From NCBI GenBank assembly GCA_043732305.1, contig JAYTHU010000094.1:562-64561 (forward strand): DNA of 64,000 nt, written 5' to 3'. This stretch comes from Oligoflexia bacterium. Its GTDB lineage: Bacteria; Bdellovibrionota; Bdellovibrionia; JABDDW01. The position numbers and the translations under genes were made by a program. The notes beneath the pieces are model-generated. The model made no database searches and was not told the DNA's origin. It saw only the letters and a list, made by a program, of their open reading frames with translations. The first letter of the stretch is position 1. Each line of letters opens with the position of its first letter. Below are positions 26,458 through 36,138 of this stretch, one piece after another.

Positions 26458-28024
26458 AGTTAGTAGTAGATCTTGATCCAACGGATGAGCGCAATGGACC
26501 CAATCCAGTAGCTGGACTCAAGGCAGCGACTTTTGCTCCATTGTTACCGAAGGGAGATAAACCGGGAAGATTTACATCGGTTGCTGTTGCACTTCTTCCG
26601 CAAACACGAGCCTGATGATTTTGTCTCATGAGAGCATTTAAGTTGTCGTTGAAGTCAGTAGAATCAGCGGCTGTGTTTCCAGCACCGCAAGTGAAGCTGC
26701 TTGCAGCACTTGAAGCTGCCGTGTTGTCGGCAAGTGCAGAGGGTGCCCCGTCAAGACTGAATCCGAATGTTCCACCGGTTGCGACTGTTCCATTTTTGCC
26801 AGCTGACTTTGCATATTTTTGAATGTCTGAATCTAAAGATTTAGTGATCGCAGTCAATCCAGCATTTGAAGAAGCTTGCACGCTTGAAAGATTTGCTCCA
26901 AATTGAGCGTAAGCGGGGTTTGCAGCTACCAAGTCTTTAGCAGAGTATCCACTGACACCTTCAACAAAGTTTTTCTTTGCCACTGCGGCCATATCAGTTA
27001 CATTTTGACCAGCTTGTTTATATTCAGCGGCCATCGCGACCACTTGGCCGCGAATAGCGTTGGCACCAGCAATATCACCAGATGCTGCCAAGACATGAGC
27101 TCGATTAATATGTTCTTGAAGGAGCGTGTGCATTTTATCGAATCGTTGATACTGTGCGCTGGCTTGAGACATCAATGCATTATTGAGAAGTGCTTTGGTT
27201 GCGAAGTCTGAACTTTTGTTGCCACCGCTTCTGATAACATCGTTGAAATAACTCACAAAAGCAGAGTCTCTATCATTCACACCTGCGATCACATCATTAG
27301 TGTATTTTTCTGTGACTAAAGCGAGCAATTCGTTTCCGCGTTTTTTATCGACCGCTTTGTCAGATGCTAAGTAGTTTTCAATCTTATCTTTAGCGTAATC
27401 CATTCGAGCTTGGCTGGAAATGGTGTCGTCATTGATAAAGTTTTTCAAAAGAGTCTGCGCTTTTTTGGCGGCGTCATTTTTTGATTTAGCAGAAGCTTCA
27501 GAATTTTGGCTTATTGCCAATTGGGCATCTATCTTATCAGTGAAACATTTTGCGCGATCATCACCTTCGATTTCAATTCCGTCTTTATCTTCTTTGCAAT
27601 TCTTTTGAGCGAGATCATGCTCTTTTATTTCTTTATTGGTGAGTTTCGAAGTGTCTTTTCCTTGATCTAATTTTGCTACAATTTGAGCAGCCTGTTCTTT
27701 TGCTTTAGCTAAAGTAGACAATTCGTCTGCGCCTGCAGAAACCGTAAGGTCAGCATCTTTTAATTCACTCATTCGATCTTTATGATTTTTGAAATCGATA
27801 GTGGTGTTCTTTCCTTTTTGAATGATGTCGTATACGTAATCGTTGTTTATGAGGAGCCCGGAAGACAGTGTCTTCACTTCGCTCGCGATCACAGACATTG
27901 GTGCTGGTGGCCCCATCAGTTCAGTAGCTTTGGCCATGCTGTAATAAGCGATGGTGAACAGTAATGTCAGACCGAGTGTTAAATAAATCTTCTTCATAAA
28001 TTCTCCCTCTGAGATCGTTATCAC
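26456..28024 (-). CDS. Secreted low-complexity protein: K/A/D-rich helical region plus S/G/A/T-rich tail.
   Basis: The signal peptide MKKIYLTLGLTLLFTIAYYSMAKA means the real start is probably near 27995. The protein is highly charged and coiled-coil-like, with scattered Cys residues and a C-terminal low-complexity tail. No catalytic motif recognised. Confidence 0.6.
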   Translation of the reverse strand: MITISEGEFMKKIYLTLGLTLLFTIAYYSMAKATELMGPPAPMSVIASEVKTLSSGLLINNDYVYDIIQKGKNTTIDFKNHKDRMSELKDADLTVSAGADELSTLAKAKEQAAQIVAKLDQGKDTSKLTNKEIKEHDLAQKNCKEDKDGIEIEGDDRAKCFTDKIDAQLAISQNSEASAKSKNDAAKKAQTLLKNFINDDTISSQARMDYAKDKIENYLASDKAVDKKRGNELLALVTEKYTNDVIAGVNDRDSAFVSYFNDVIRSGGNKSSDFATKALLNNALMSQASAQYQRFDKMHTLLQEHINRAHVLAASGDIAGANAIRGQVVAMAAEYKQAGQNVTDMAAVAKKNFVEGVSGYSAKDLVAANPAYAQFGANLSSVQASSNAGLTAITKSLDSDIQKYAKSAGKNGTVATGGTFGFSLDGAPSALADNTAASSAASSFTCGAGNTAADSTDFNDNLNALMRQNHQARVCGRSATATDVNLPGLSPFGNNGAKVAALSPATGLGPLRSSVGSRSTTN

Positions 28025-28264
28025 CCTGCCATCAAAGCTTGAGGTGGTTACATAGGTTTACTAATCCAATAAACGAGCCGGTTGGCGTGAAGTGCTATGT
28101 GTTGATTTTAATTGAACAATGATCGAACTTCGCACAAACATGGACTAACCGGTTTTGAGGCCTAATCCAACAGGCCTTAAGCATCTGAACTAAATTCCCG
28201 TGAGGTATTGAGGGGTTGGTCCTGTAAAGACTCTTGACAGGCCTAACGACACTAAGCGACAACA

Positions 28265-29491
28265 ATGGACCAATATATGAGATTTGAATTTTTATCCGCT
28301 CCAAAAGAGCTCTTTTTTAAGTCTACTCCTCCCATTGCTTCAGGCAAGAGTGCCCTCAATTGGGACAGTTGGACTTGGCAAATGCAAAACCGTCTCGAAA
28401 CCCAGAACGAGTATGCCTGTCACTTTAAGCTTACTCCTGATGAGGTAGAAGGTTTTCGCGATTCCGAAAACTTTTTCAAAATCTCGACTACACCTTACTA
28501 CGCAAGCCTTGCATTGAACTGTGAGCCACTTCGAAAAGTCATCATGCCTACAGGTCAAGAAAAGCAAGCCGGAACCCAAGAAATGCCAGATCCGTTGGGC
28601 GAAGTTAAAAATGCTACCGCCGCAAGACTGGTGCACCGCTATTCTGATCGCGTTCTTTTTCTGGTGACGGACACTTGTTCAATTTACTGTCGGTATTGTT
28701 TACGCAAGCACTTTACCGGCAAGGATCAGGGGTTTTTAGGTTCTAAAGATTATGAAGAATCACTAACATATATTAAAAAGCATCCCGGGATTCGTGAGGT
28801 TATTTTATCAGGCGGAGATCCTCTCACGCTGGGTAATAACGTTTTAGATAGGATTTTAGGAGATATTCGCGCCATCGAACACGTAGAGATCATTCGCATT
28901 GGATCTCGTATGCCCGTTTTTTGTCCGCAACGAATTGATCTCGAACTCTGTGAGATTTTGAAAAAGCACAAACCGGTTTATGTGATGTCCCACATCAATC
29001 ATCCAAAGGAACTTACGGCTGAATCCGTTCTAGGGTTAACAAATCTAGTTGATCACGGGGTTCCTGTTTACAACCAAACAGTGTTGCTCAACGGCGTGAA
29101 CAACCATGTGCACATCATTCAGGCATTGAATCGACGACTCATTTATCTTCGTGTAAAACCCTATTATCTTTTCCAGTGCGATCCTAGTCAGGGGACAGAT
29201 CATCTACGAACTAAAATTGAAACGGGCGAAGCTATACAGCGGGAACTCTGGGGACATCTCTCAGGTTTGGCAATGGCAAATTTTTCTTTGGACATTCCTG
29301 CGGGCGGTGGCAAAACAACCCTCGTGCCTAATTTCACAACTTTGAATACTCCGGAGCGTAGAGAGTTTGTGGGTTGGGATGGAAAAAGTGGTGAGTACCT
29401 CAATCCAGAGGGTAAAGAGATCCCACCTGCGGATCATGAAGAGTATGCTCGCGAGTGGAATTTACTTAAAGCTGGCAAACAAGAATTATAA
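28265..29491 (+). CDS. KamA-family radical SAM protein (lysine 2,3-aminomutase-like).
   Basis: It carries W-x-W-Q-x-x-N-R-x-E-T, ITPYYASL, HRYSDRVL, CSIYCRYCLRK (CxxxCxxC), GGDPL, VEIIRIGSR, NHP, QCD and PAGGGK motifs, all matching KamA. It lacks the C-terminal Cys cluster seen in clostridial KamA. Confidence 0.85.
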   Translation: MDQYMRFEFLSAPKELFFKSTPPIASGKSALNWDSWTWQMQNRLETQNEYACHFKLTPDEVEGFRDSENFFKISTTPYYASLALNCEPLRKVIMPTGQEKQAGTQEMPDPLGEVKNATAARLVHRYSDRVLFLVTDTCSIYCRYCLRKHFTGKDQGFLGSKDYEESLTYIKKHPGIREVILSGGDPLTLGNNVLDRILGDIRAIEHVEIIRIGSRMPVFCPQRIDLELCEILKKHKPVYVMSHINHPKELTAESVLGLTNLVDHGVPVYNQTVLLNGVNNHVHIIQALNRRLIYLRVKPYYLFQCDPSQGTDHLRTKIETGEAIQRELWGHLSGLAMANFSLDIPAGGGKTTLVPNFTTLNTPERREFVGWDGKSGEYLNPEGKEIPPADHEEYAREWNLLKAGKQEL

Positions 29492-29696
29492 ATTTTTTAA
29501 TTCTGATTCACGAAGAGTCACGTTTTTGCTTGGAGTTTTGTAAATGGTTTCCGGTAGAAAGAATATGCCATAACAGCCCCTCGGCAAATTTGCGGGAAAT
29601 CTTATAGTTTTAGTTTTTTCTCTCATTGGCTTGCTATTGCAAGCGAGTTTCAATCGAATATTAAAATCTGTGCATTTGTAAAGGTCGTGCCAGAGG

Positions 29697-32006
29697 TTAG
29701 ACTTTTTCGAGACGAGCGAACTTAACGACAAATTTTTTCATAGAGTTATTGGGAAACAATATTGTTACTTTTTGATCTGGGCCCTGGCCTTCCAGTTGGT
29801 GAACCGTTCCTACTCCAAAGCTTGGATGACGAACGCGCATCCCTTTTCTCAGACCATCACCATCTGTGTCACTACTCGCATCATAAGATGAAGGATTCCA
29901 TCCACCTGAAATATCGACGTCGTAATTGGGCATAACAGATTGAGTATCGGAATTAAAATCGCTACCAAATAGAGTTGAGCGCTGCTGCCACTGTGGAGTT
30001 TTCATGCGTGAAGTTTTATTGATGAAGCGTTCCGGAATTTCTGCCAAAAATCGACTAGGTGGATTTGATTGCTCATTGCCCCAAACTTTTCTGGAACGTG
30101 CATGACTTAAATATAATCTTTGGCGCGCACGCGTCATTCCAACATAGAAAAGTCTTCGCTCTTCTTCCGACTCATTTTGTCCGAAGTCGTCATCGCGAAT
30201 AGAAGGGAACAGCCCATCTTCTAATCCAACAATAAAGACAACCGGAAATTCTAAACCTTTAGAAATATGCAAGGTCATAAGCGTGACATTGTTTGCTACT
30301 TCTTGCAGATTTCGATCACTCTCAGTCACGAGAGCTACTTCTTCTAAGAATGCAGCAAGTGTTGCATCATCACCTCGCTCGCGTTCGAACTCACCAATTG
30401 CTGAATCAAGTTCTTCTAAGTTTTCAATACGTGCGAGGGACTCAGGAGTGTTTTCAAGTTTTAGTTTTTGAACGTACTGAGTGGCATCGAGGGCCGCATG
30501 ATACATTTCGCTGGGAGAAAGTTCCGATGCTTTTTGTCTCAGGCCTTGGATCACTTCAACGAATGCGAGAACTTTACTGCTCGCACCTCTATCCAATATT
30601 TTATCTTGGATAGCAGGGACCAGTCCTTCAAAAAGGGAAATTTCCTTAGAGTCAGAGTAAGCTTCCAATTTTTCAACGGTGGTTTTGCCGATGCCTCGGC
30701 CGGGAGAATTGATAATTCGCTTGAGACCAACATTGTCTTTTGGATTCAGGCAAATTTTTAAATAGCTTAATAGATCTTTGACTTCGGCCCGATCATAAAA
30801 CTTAATGCCGCCGATAATCTTGTATGGAATGGCTTGAGACCGCAGCTGATCCTCAAGGACTCGGGACTGAGCATTGGTGCGATAAAAAATCGCAAAGTCA
30901 TTGTGAGTGAGATTGTCTTCGCTGGCGAGAGTAGCTATCTCACGCGCGACGCCTCTTGCTTCCTCAAATTCATTGTACTCTTCACGCACTTGAATGGGAT
31001 GACCGGCTTCATTGCTTGTCCAAAGAGTTTTATCCTTGCGTTCAGAATTTCTTTTGATCACGTGTGATGCCGCTTCAACAATGTTTTTTGTCGAGCGATA
31101 GTTTTCTTCAAGTTTTACAATCTTAGCTTCAGGAAAATCTTTTTCGAAATTTAAAATATTACTGATGTCAGCTCCGCGCCAAGAATAAATACTTTGATCT
31201 TCATCGCCTACAACGCAAATATTTTTATATTTGGTAGAAAGCATTTTGATCAAAACATATTGCACGTGATTGGTGTCTTGATACTCGTCCACCATGATGT
31301 ATTTGAAACGCTCTTGATACTGATCTAATAAATCCGGGTTGTCCCGAAAAAGCTCGGTTGTTTTATAAAGCAGATCTCCGAAATCCAAGGCATTGTGTTG
31401 CCTCATCATCCGCTCGTATAAACCGTAAACTTTAGTGATCTTGTCACTCAGAAACTGAGTTGCACGCTCTTTCTGATAATTGTCAGGAGAAATAAATTCA
31501 TTCTTTGCTTTGTTGATTTGATGCTGGAAAGTTTTAGGTGGATACATTTTGTCATTCAGATCGAGCGCCGCACAAACTTTCTTGAGAACGGCCAGTTGTT
31601 CAGAATCATCGTAAATGACAAAATTTCCGTCATAGCCATCGATCAAGTGAATGTGTTGTCTTAATATTCGCGCACATGATGAGTGAAATGTGCTGATCCA
31701 AACGGGGTCTCGGCCGTAGAGGGGAACTCCCACACGTCCAAGTAAACTGACTGAACGTTCGAGCATTTCTTTGGCGGCTTTATTGGTGAACGTTACTGCA
31801 AATATTTCTGATGCTTTAGCTTTTCCCGACGCAACCAAATAGGCAATGCGGTACGTAAGCGCACGGGTTTTTCCAGAGCCTGCACCGGCTAAAATAAGCA
31901 ATGGACCGTCAGTGGTATTGACTGCTTCCCACTGGTGAGGATTGAGTTCCGCTGCAAAATTTACAGAGAGTTCCAAGAAATCGCCCCTTAATTCAGGTAC
32001 AAACAC
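29697..32006 (-). CDS. uvrD: ATP-dependent DNA helicase of the UvrD/PcrA family.
   Basis: Walker A motif AGAGSGKTRALT plus helicase motifs I-VI. A C-terminal ~60-aa Tudor-like segment follows (GMRVRHPSFGVGTV...). Confidence 0.9.
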   Translation of the reverse strand: MFVPELRGDFLELSVNFAAELNPHQWEAVNTTDGPLLILAGAGSGKTRALTYRIAYLVASGKAKASEIFAVTFTNKAAKEMLERSVSLLGRVGVPLYGRDPVWISTFHSSCARILRQHIHLIDGYDGNFVIYDDSEQLAVLKKVCAALDLNDKMYPPKTFQHQINKAKNEFISPDNYQKERATQFLSDKITKVYGLYERMMRQHNALDFGDLLYKTTELFRDNPDLLDQYQERFKYIMVDEYQDTNHVQYVLIKMLSTKYKNICVVGDEDQSIYSWRGADISNILNFEKDFPEAKIVKLEENYRSTKNIVEAASHVIKRNSERKDKTLWTSNEAGHPIQVREEYNEFEEARGVAREIATLASEDNLTHNDFAIFYRTNAQSRVLEDQLRSQAIPYKIIGGIKFYDRAEVKDLLSYLKICLNPKDNVGLKRIINSPGRGIGKTTVEKLEAYSDSKEISLFEGLVPAIQDKILDRGASSKVLAFVEVIQGLRQKASELSPSEMYHAALDATQYVQKLKLENTPESLARIENLEELDSAIGEFERERGDDATLAAFLEEVALVTESDRNLQEVANNVTLMTLHISKGLEFPVVFIVGLEDGLFPSIRDDDFGQNESEEERRLFYVGMTRARQRLYLSHARSRKVWGNEQSNPPSRFLAEIPERFINKTSRMKTPQWQQRSTLFGSDFNSDTQSVMPNYDVDISGGWNPSSYDASSDTDGDGLRKGMRVRHPSFGVGTVHQLEGQGPDQKVTILFPNNSMKKFVVKFARLEKV

Positions 32007-32099
32007 TTCAAATCTTTCGTAAAACCAGCTTATATTGGCCTCGAACTTGCTTTTAGGCTAGTGAATATTGAATACAAAATTTTGAAAAATGGAATGTAA

Positions 32100-33407
32100 A
32101 TGAAATTCGCCCACTTCCTCATCACAATCCTCCTTTTGCCAGTTATTTTCATGGTTGGCTGCGGAGATTCTAACGTCAGTGGGGATCGTATTTTGCTGGC
32201 GTTTGATAATGGGACCGGACACTACGTTAAGAAAGAAGTGACTCTTAAATATGTGACGGATTTGGCTCACATGCAGGATAAAGCAGTCACGGTAAACTAT
32301 GGCGGAACGCTTCATGTTGAAGCCCAGCCTAATGGTCAAAATATGCGAGCTTATTTTGAAAAAGGGCGCGCTCCTAACGCTCAATTCATAAAATCCTCTG
32401 GCGTTTTAATTCCACAAGATTATGACACTCGGATTATGGCCACTATTCTCTTTTCGTATGAGCAACTGAAAGATTTTTACGAAAGTTTGGGCGCCACTTC
32501 TAAAATGACCTTCCCTCAAACTGTCTATGCTCAGGCCAAAATTATGGATGGTGCAGGAAAAGTTTCTGGTGACAATGCAGCTTACATTTCAACATTTGAT
32601 GCTTTTATTTTTTGGCTTTTTGATCTTCCCTCAATGTATCCCATTCCTCTTAACACTGGAATTATTGCCCATGAGTATTTTCACAGCGTGTTTACGTCTC
32701 TCACTCCAAAAACAACTTTGATGCAGAACAAGCCTGATACATCTGCTGACTTGCTCGAAATGTGGAGAGTCGCGGCGGATCCAAGGATTGTAGCCGATGG
32801 CAATTACTTTTCAGATTTATGCCAAGGTAAATCAAATCTTCATCTCGTGAACAGCGGCGCGCTAGTGGCAAGCAATTTTTATATTTTCTCTGCCATCAAT
32901 GAAGGTATGGCTGATTACTTCGGTTATCTATATTCAACAAACCCAGGATGGATTGCCGCTTCACTCGATGGTCAGATACCGCGTGATCTGCGACACGAAA
33001 ATATTTTAAACTGTTCAGTTGAAGAGCAAGGGGCTTGGATATATGGAGCAGCTCAAAATCTGCTTCGTCTAAAAGATCGACGCATTCGGCCCATGGAACG
33101 TGATGTGCTGCCGGACATTCACATGTACGGTTCTATTTGGTCTCATTTTTTATACTCTGTAGATATCGGTCGAAAAAATCAGGGGCTTCCTGCCAGTACA
33201 CCAAAACAAGTTCTCGAATTCGCAAAAAAAATCGATGATCTCTTCAGTAATACTTCTCCCACAAAAATTATTAGTCTCGGTGATTTGGCTCAAATTTTTA
33301 TAGAATCTGGAGACATTGACTTCGCAGTTTGTGAAAGCGTGAGAAAAGTTTTTCCGCAAAGCAAATCGGCAATACACGAAGCCTGTTTTAAAGGTGGGGT
33401 TTTATGA
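32100..33407 (+). CDS. Lipoprotein with an HExxH motif (putative zinc metallopeptidase).
   Basis: Lipobox at the end of the signal peptide (VIFMVGC). An internal IAHEYFHSV (HExxH) motif is present. No closer family assignment possible. Confidence 0.6.
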   Translation: MKFAHFLITILLLPVIFMVGCGDSNVSGDRILLAFDNGTGHYVKKEVTLKYVTDLAHMQDKAVTVNYGGTLHVEAQPNGQNMRAYFEKGRAPNAQFIKSSGVLIPQDYDTRIMATILFSYEQLKDFYESLGATSKMTFPQTVYAQAKIMDGAGKVSGDNAAYISTFDAFIFWLFDLPSMYPIPLNTGIIAHEYFHSVFTSLTPKTTLMQNKPDTSADLLEMWRVAADPRIVADGNYFSDLCQGKSNLHLVNSGALVASNFYIFSAINEGMADYFGYLYSTNPGWIAASLDGQIPRDLRHENILNCSVEEQGAWIYGAAQNLLRLKDRRIRPMERDVLPDIHMYGSIWSHFLYSVDIGRKNQGLPASTPKQVLEFAKKIDDLFSNTSPTKIISLGDLAQIFIESGDIDFAVCESVRKVFPQSKSAIHEACFKGGVL

Positions 33408-33931
33408 GTTTTCGATTTTTATGGAAGTCCTTGTTCTCACTTACTCTTTTATTTTCAATGTTTTGCTGGGCCGATTATTACATCGCACCTACCATTGGGT
33501 ACATGTCTGTCGAACAAACCTCTGGAGAAAGTGGCGGAGATCCCACTTACGGTTTTGAGGGGCTTTATCTCTATGGCCATTGGCTTGCGGGATTGAAGTA
33601 TGATCACTGGAGTTCGGAAGAGAATGGAAATTCTCTAGTGAGTGTTTCCGGTTCCAAAAACATATTGGCCGCTGAAGGCGGCTGGCGCCTTTCCAATTCG
33701 AGCTTCAGCCCGTATGTGTTTGTTGGCATGGGTTCTTACTTCCAGAGTGTCACGACCAAACTCATGGGAGATGTGTCTAATGATTACGCAGCAGACATGG
33801 TCTATAAACTGGGATTAGGTTTATTGGGTAGGTTTTCCGACAATTTTGCTTTGGGGGCAGGAATTCATTATTACCCCCAAGCCTTCGTTAACAGCGTGGA
33901 TTTTGTTTTTTCGGGTGGCTACTATTTTTGA
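33404..33931 (+). CDS. Small outer-membrane beta-barrel protein.
   Basis: 175 aa with a signal peptide, alternating aromatic/Gly beta-strand pattern and a C-terminal ...GGYYF. Its ATGA start overlaps the upstream lipoprotein stop. Confidence 0.6.
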   Translation: MSFRFLWKSLFSLTLLFSMFCWADYYIAPTIGYMSVEQTSGESGGDPTYGFEGLYLYGHWLAGLKYDHWSSEENGNSLVSVSGSKNILAAEGGWRLSNSSFSPYVFVGMGSYFQSVTTKLMGDVSNDYAADMVYKLGLGLLGRFSDNFALGAGIHYYPQAFVNSVDFVFSGGYYF

Positions 33932-33991
33932 GATCTTGATAACGCTGTGCCATTTGGATAGGATAATTTACGGGTGGAGGAAACCTGAAAC

Positions 33992-34624
33992 ATGAATAAA
34001 AAAATGCTTCTCGGAAATTTTTTCTTTTTACTAGGGATCTCCGCATTAACTGCGCAAGCTTTTGCCATGCCTTCACCTACCTACAAAGATCCAGCGACGG
34101 GCATCGATAGATTGATGATCCGTCAAATTCATATGGCCGATTATCTCAAGAATATTTCGAGCAACCAAATTGTTGAAAAAATGGATTCTCAAGGTAAAGG
34201 TAAACCTGATATTTTCATCGTGTACGACAAAAAAGAAAACGGCGGCAGAGTCTTAAGCATTCAACTTTTTGATCTCAATCGAGATGGTAAAATCGATCTT
34301 GTGAAGTTCTATGAAAAAGGAAAATTGGTTCGAACAGAATCCGATCTGGATTTTGACGGAAGCGTTGATTTAGTTACTGAGTATGATCCTATCAATGGTT
34401 CCGTGAAAAAGAAAATTCAGGCGGACAGCTCCACCAACATCTGGACTTATTTTTCTAAGGGTGAAATCAAGCGCAAAGAAATTGATCGTAATTTCGATGG
34501 CAAGCCTGACATGTGGGTTTATTACCGGAACGGAAAACCGTATCGCACTGAAGTAGATCAGACTTTCAATGGCAAGATTGTCCGTGCAGACAATGAGCTA
34601 TTGACCCCGGCCAACTTAAACTAA
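33992..34624 (+). CDS. Secreted protein with DxDxDG-type calcium-binding repeats.
   Basis: Signal peptide ...LTAQAFA. Four repeats of about 22 aa are DLNRDGKIDLV, DLDFDGSVDLV, DRNFDGKPDMW and DQTFNGKIV, each with a D-x-[DN]-x-D-G-x-x-D loop. Confidence 0.6.
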   Translation: MNKKMLLGNFFFLLGISALTAQAFAMPSPTYKDPATGIDRLMIRQIHMADYLKNISSNQIVEKMDSQGKGKPDIFIVYDKKENGGRVLSIQLFDLNRDGKIDLVKFYEKGKLVRTESDLDFDGSVDLVTEYDPINGSVKKKIQADSSTNIWTYFSKGEIKRKEIDRNFDGKPDMWVYYRNGKPYRTEVDQTFNGKIVRADNELLTPANLN

Positions 34625-35674
34625 TTTTTTTAGGTTTTTATTTTTCTGAAGTTCAGCAACGAGAGTTTTGATCTCTTGAGCGCTATCTTTGCTGCAAATC
34701 AGAAGAGCGTCATCAGTTTCTACGATTATCAGATTATGAACTCCGACCAAACCCAAGAATTTTTTTGAACTCATATCTGCAATGATGCCCGTGGAATCGA
34801 TTGCTACATGCTCACCCTGAGTTTTGATAAGACCCGCTTGATCGTTAGAGGGTAAAACTTCCGAAAGTGCAGGCCAAGAGCCTACGTCATTCCAGCCAAA
34901 GTCACCGGGAATGAGTGCGCCGTTCTGAGTTTTTTCCATTAGCGCAGTATCCAAAGGCTCTTTAGGCAGAGATTTAAACATCTTTGCTAACTTAGCTTTT
35001 TGACCTTTAGCTTTTTCAAAGGCTCGGAAATAATCTGGTGCGTGAAGTCGCACTTGTTCTTTGAATGTAGAGATTTTGAAAACGAAAATACCTGCGTTCC
35101 AAAGATATTTTCCACTTCGAAAAAGTTCTTCAGCTTTTTGTTGAGAAGGTTTTTCCATGAACTTGTCTATTTTATAAATGCTTTGTTTCAAGGCTGCGCC
35201 AACTTTGATGTAACCGTAAGCGGTGGCAGAGAAGGTAGGCGTTATTCCCAAGCATACGATCACTTCATTTGTTGAGGCGAAATCGAAACACCGGCTGAGA
35301 GCAGAGCGATAATTTTTTTCGTCTTCAATGTGAGCATCTGCCGGAAGTACCGCCAGGACAGTTTCCTGATTTTTGAAAGACCACGCGGCCAAGCAAACTG
35401 CCGCCATAGTGTTGCGGGCTTCTGGCTCATGAATGATTTTGGTCGTGCTTCCTAGATGTTTTTTAATCAGCGAGTTTAAACTCTGCGGGCTCACTACAGA
35501 AATATTTTTCTTCTGAACCACTCCCATGAGTCTGTCGCGTGTCAGTTGAATCATGGATTTTTTATCGACGAGGGAAAGAAATTGCTTCGGGAGTTTTTGA
35601 GAACTTTTAGGCCAGAAACGAGTGCCGCTTCCACCTGCCATAATCACCGCGGCTCGACTTATTTCCGAATTCAT
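34616..35674 (-). CDS. manC: Mannose-1-phosphate guanylyltransferase (nucleotidyltransferase portion).
   Basis: AVIMAGGSGTRFWPKS..LPKQF G-rich NTP-transferase motif. The 352-aa length corresponds to the N-terminal two thirds of bifunctional ManC. Confidence 0.85.
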   Translation of the reverse strand: MNSEISRAAVIMAGGSGTRFWPKSSQKLPKQFLSLVDKKSMIQLTRDRLMGVVQKKNISVVSPQSLNSLIKKHLGSTTKIIHEPEARNTMAAVCLAAWSFKNQETVLAVLPADAHIEDEKNYRSALSRCFDFASTNEVIVCLGITPTFSATAYGYIKVGAALKQSIYKIDKFMEKPSQQKAEELFRSGKYLWNAGIFVFKISTFKEQVRLHAPDYFRAFEKAKGQKAKLAKMFKSLPKEPLDTALMEKTQNGALIPGDFGWNDVGSWPALSEVLPSNDQAGLIKTQGEHVAIDSTGIIADMSSKKFLGLVGVHNLIIVETDDALLICSKDSAQEIKTLVAELQKNKNLKKLV

Positions 35675-36036
35675 TTTGAGACTCTACCGTATCGATCTTC
35701 GAGGCGCACGACATCGTCAAGTTCTGGTGTACTGACTTCGAGGATGTCGGTGTCCTCAAGCGCAATCATGCGATGAACAAGTTTTGGAGTGATGCGGAAA
35801 CTCTGGCCGGGAATTAGAATTATTTCTTCTAATTTTTGCTCAGAGGTTTCTTGAAATTTTCCGATCTGAAATCTTATGGAGCCGTTTTGAATGTGAATTG
35901 TCTCATCTTTGAAGTTGTGAAATTGAAGACTTAATGATTCACCTTTTTTGATATGTAGGATTTTCCCAACATATTTTTCAGTTTCTGCAAATATAAGCTC
36001 AAAGCCCCAGGGTTTTTCAATTCGTTTGGTTTCCAT
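35671..36036 (-). CDS. Cupin-domain protein (mannose-6-phosphate isomerase type II C-terminal-like).
   Basis: 121-aa cupin beta-barrel (KPWGFELIF...GESLSLQFH...HIQNGS). It overlaps manC by 4 nt and lies immediately upstream of it. Confidence 0.7.
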   Translation of the reverse strand: METKRIEKPWGFELIFAETEKYVGKILHIKKGESLSLQFHNFKDETIHIQNGSIRFQIGKFQETSEQKLEEIILIPGQSFRITPKLVHRMIALEDTDILEVSTPELDDVVRLEDRYGRVSK

Positions 36037-36080
36037 ATTCCTCTATTGTTACCTTATTTTCGGGCCAATATCAAATCGAC

Positions 36081-36110
36081 AAAAAAATCCCCCAAACTTT
36101 CGTTTGAGGG
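36081..36110 (-). terminator. Rho-independent terminator after the SPOR-domain gene.
   Basis: On the minus strand: CCCTCAAAC-GAAA-GTTTGGGGG followed by TTTTTTT (plus-strand A-run 36081-36087). Confidence 0.7.
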
Positions 36111-36138
36111 ACATTAAAAGAGATAAAACGATTGATAT

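Noticed and set aside
29669-29684. Near sigma-54 motif on the minus strand (TGGCAC-gacct-TTAC) in the convergent gap between the KamA-family gene and uvrD.
   Set aside because: The -12 element has AC instead of the essential GC. It points into the 3' end of the KamA-family gene with no downstream gene to serve. The 81-aa ORF 29486-29731 starts upstream of it and looks spurious.
36037-36138. Possible ncRNA in the gap between the SPOR gene and the cupin gene.
   Set aside because: The gap is fully explained by a minus-strand rho-independent terminator (stem plus U-run) and the ribosome-binding site and start of the cupin gene.
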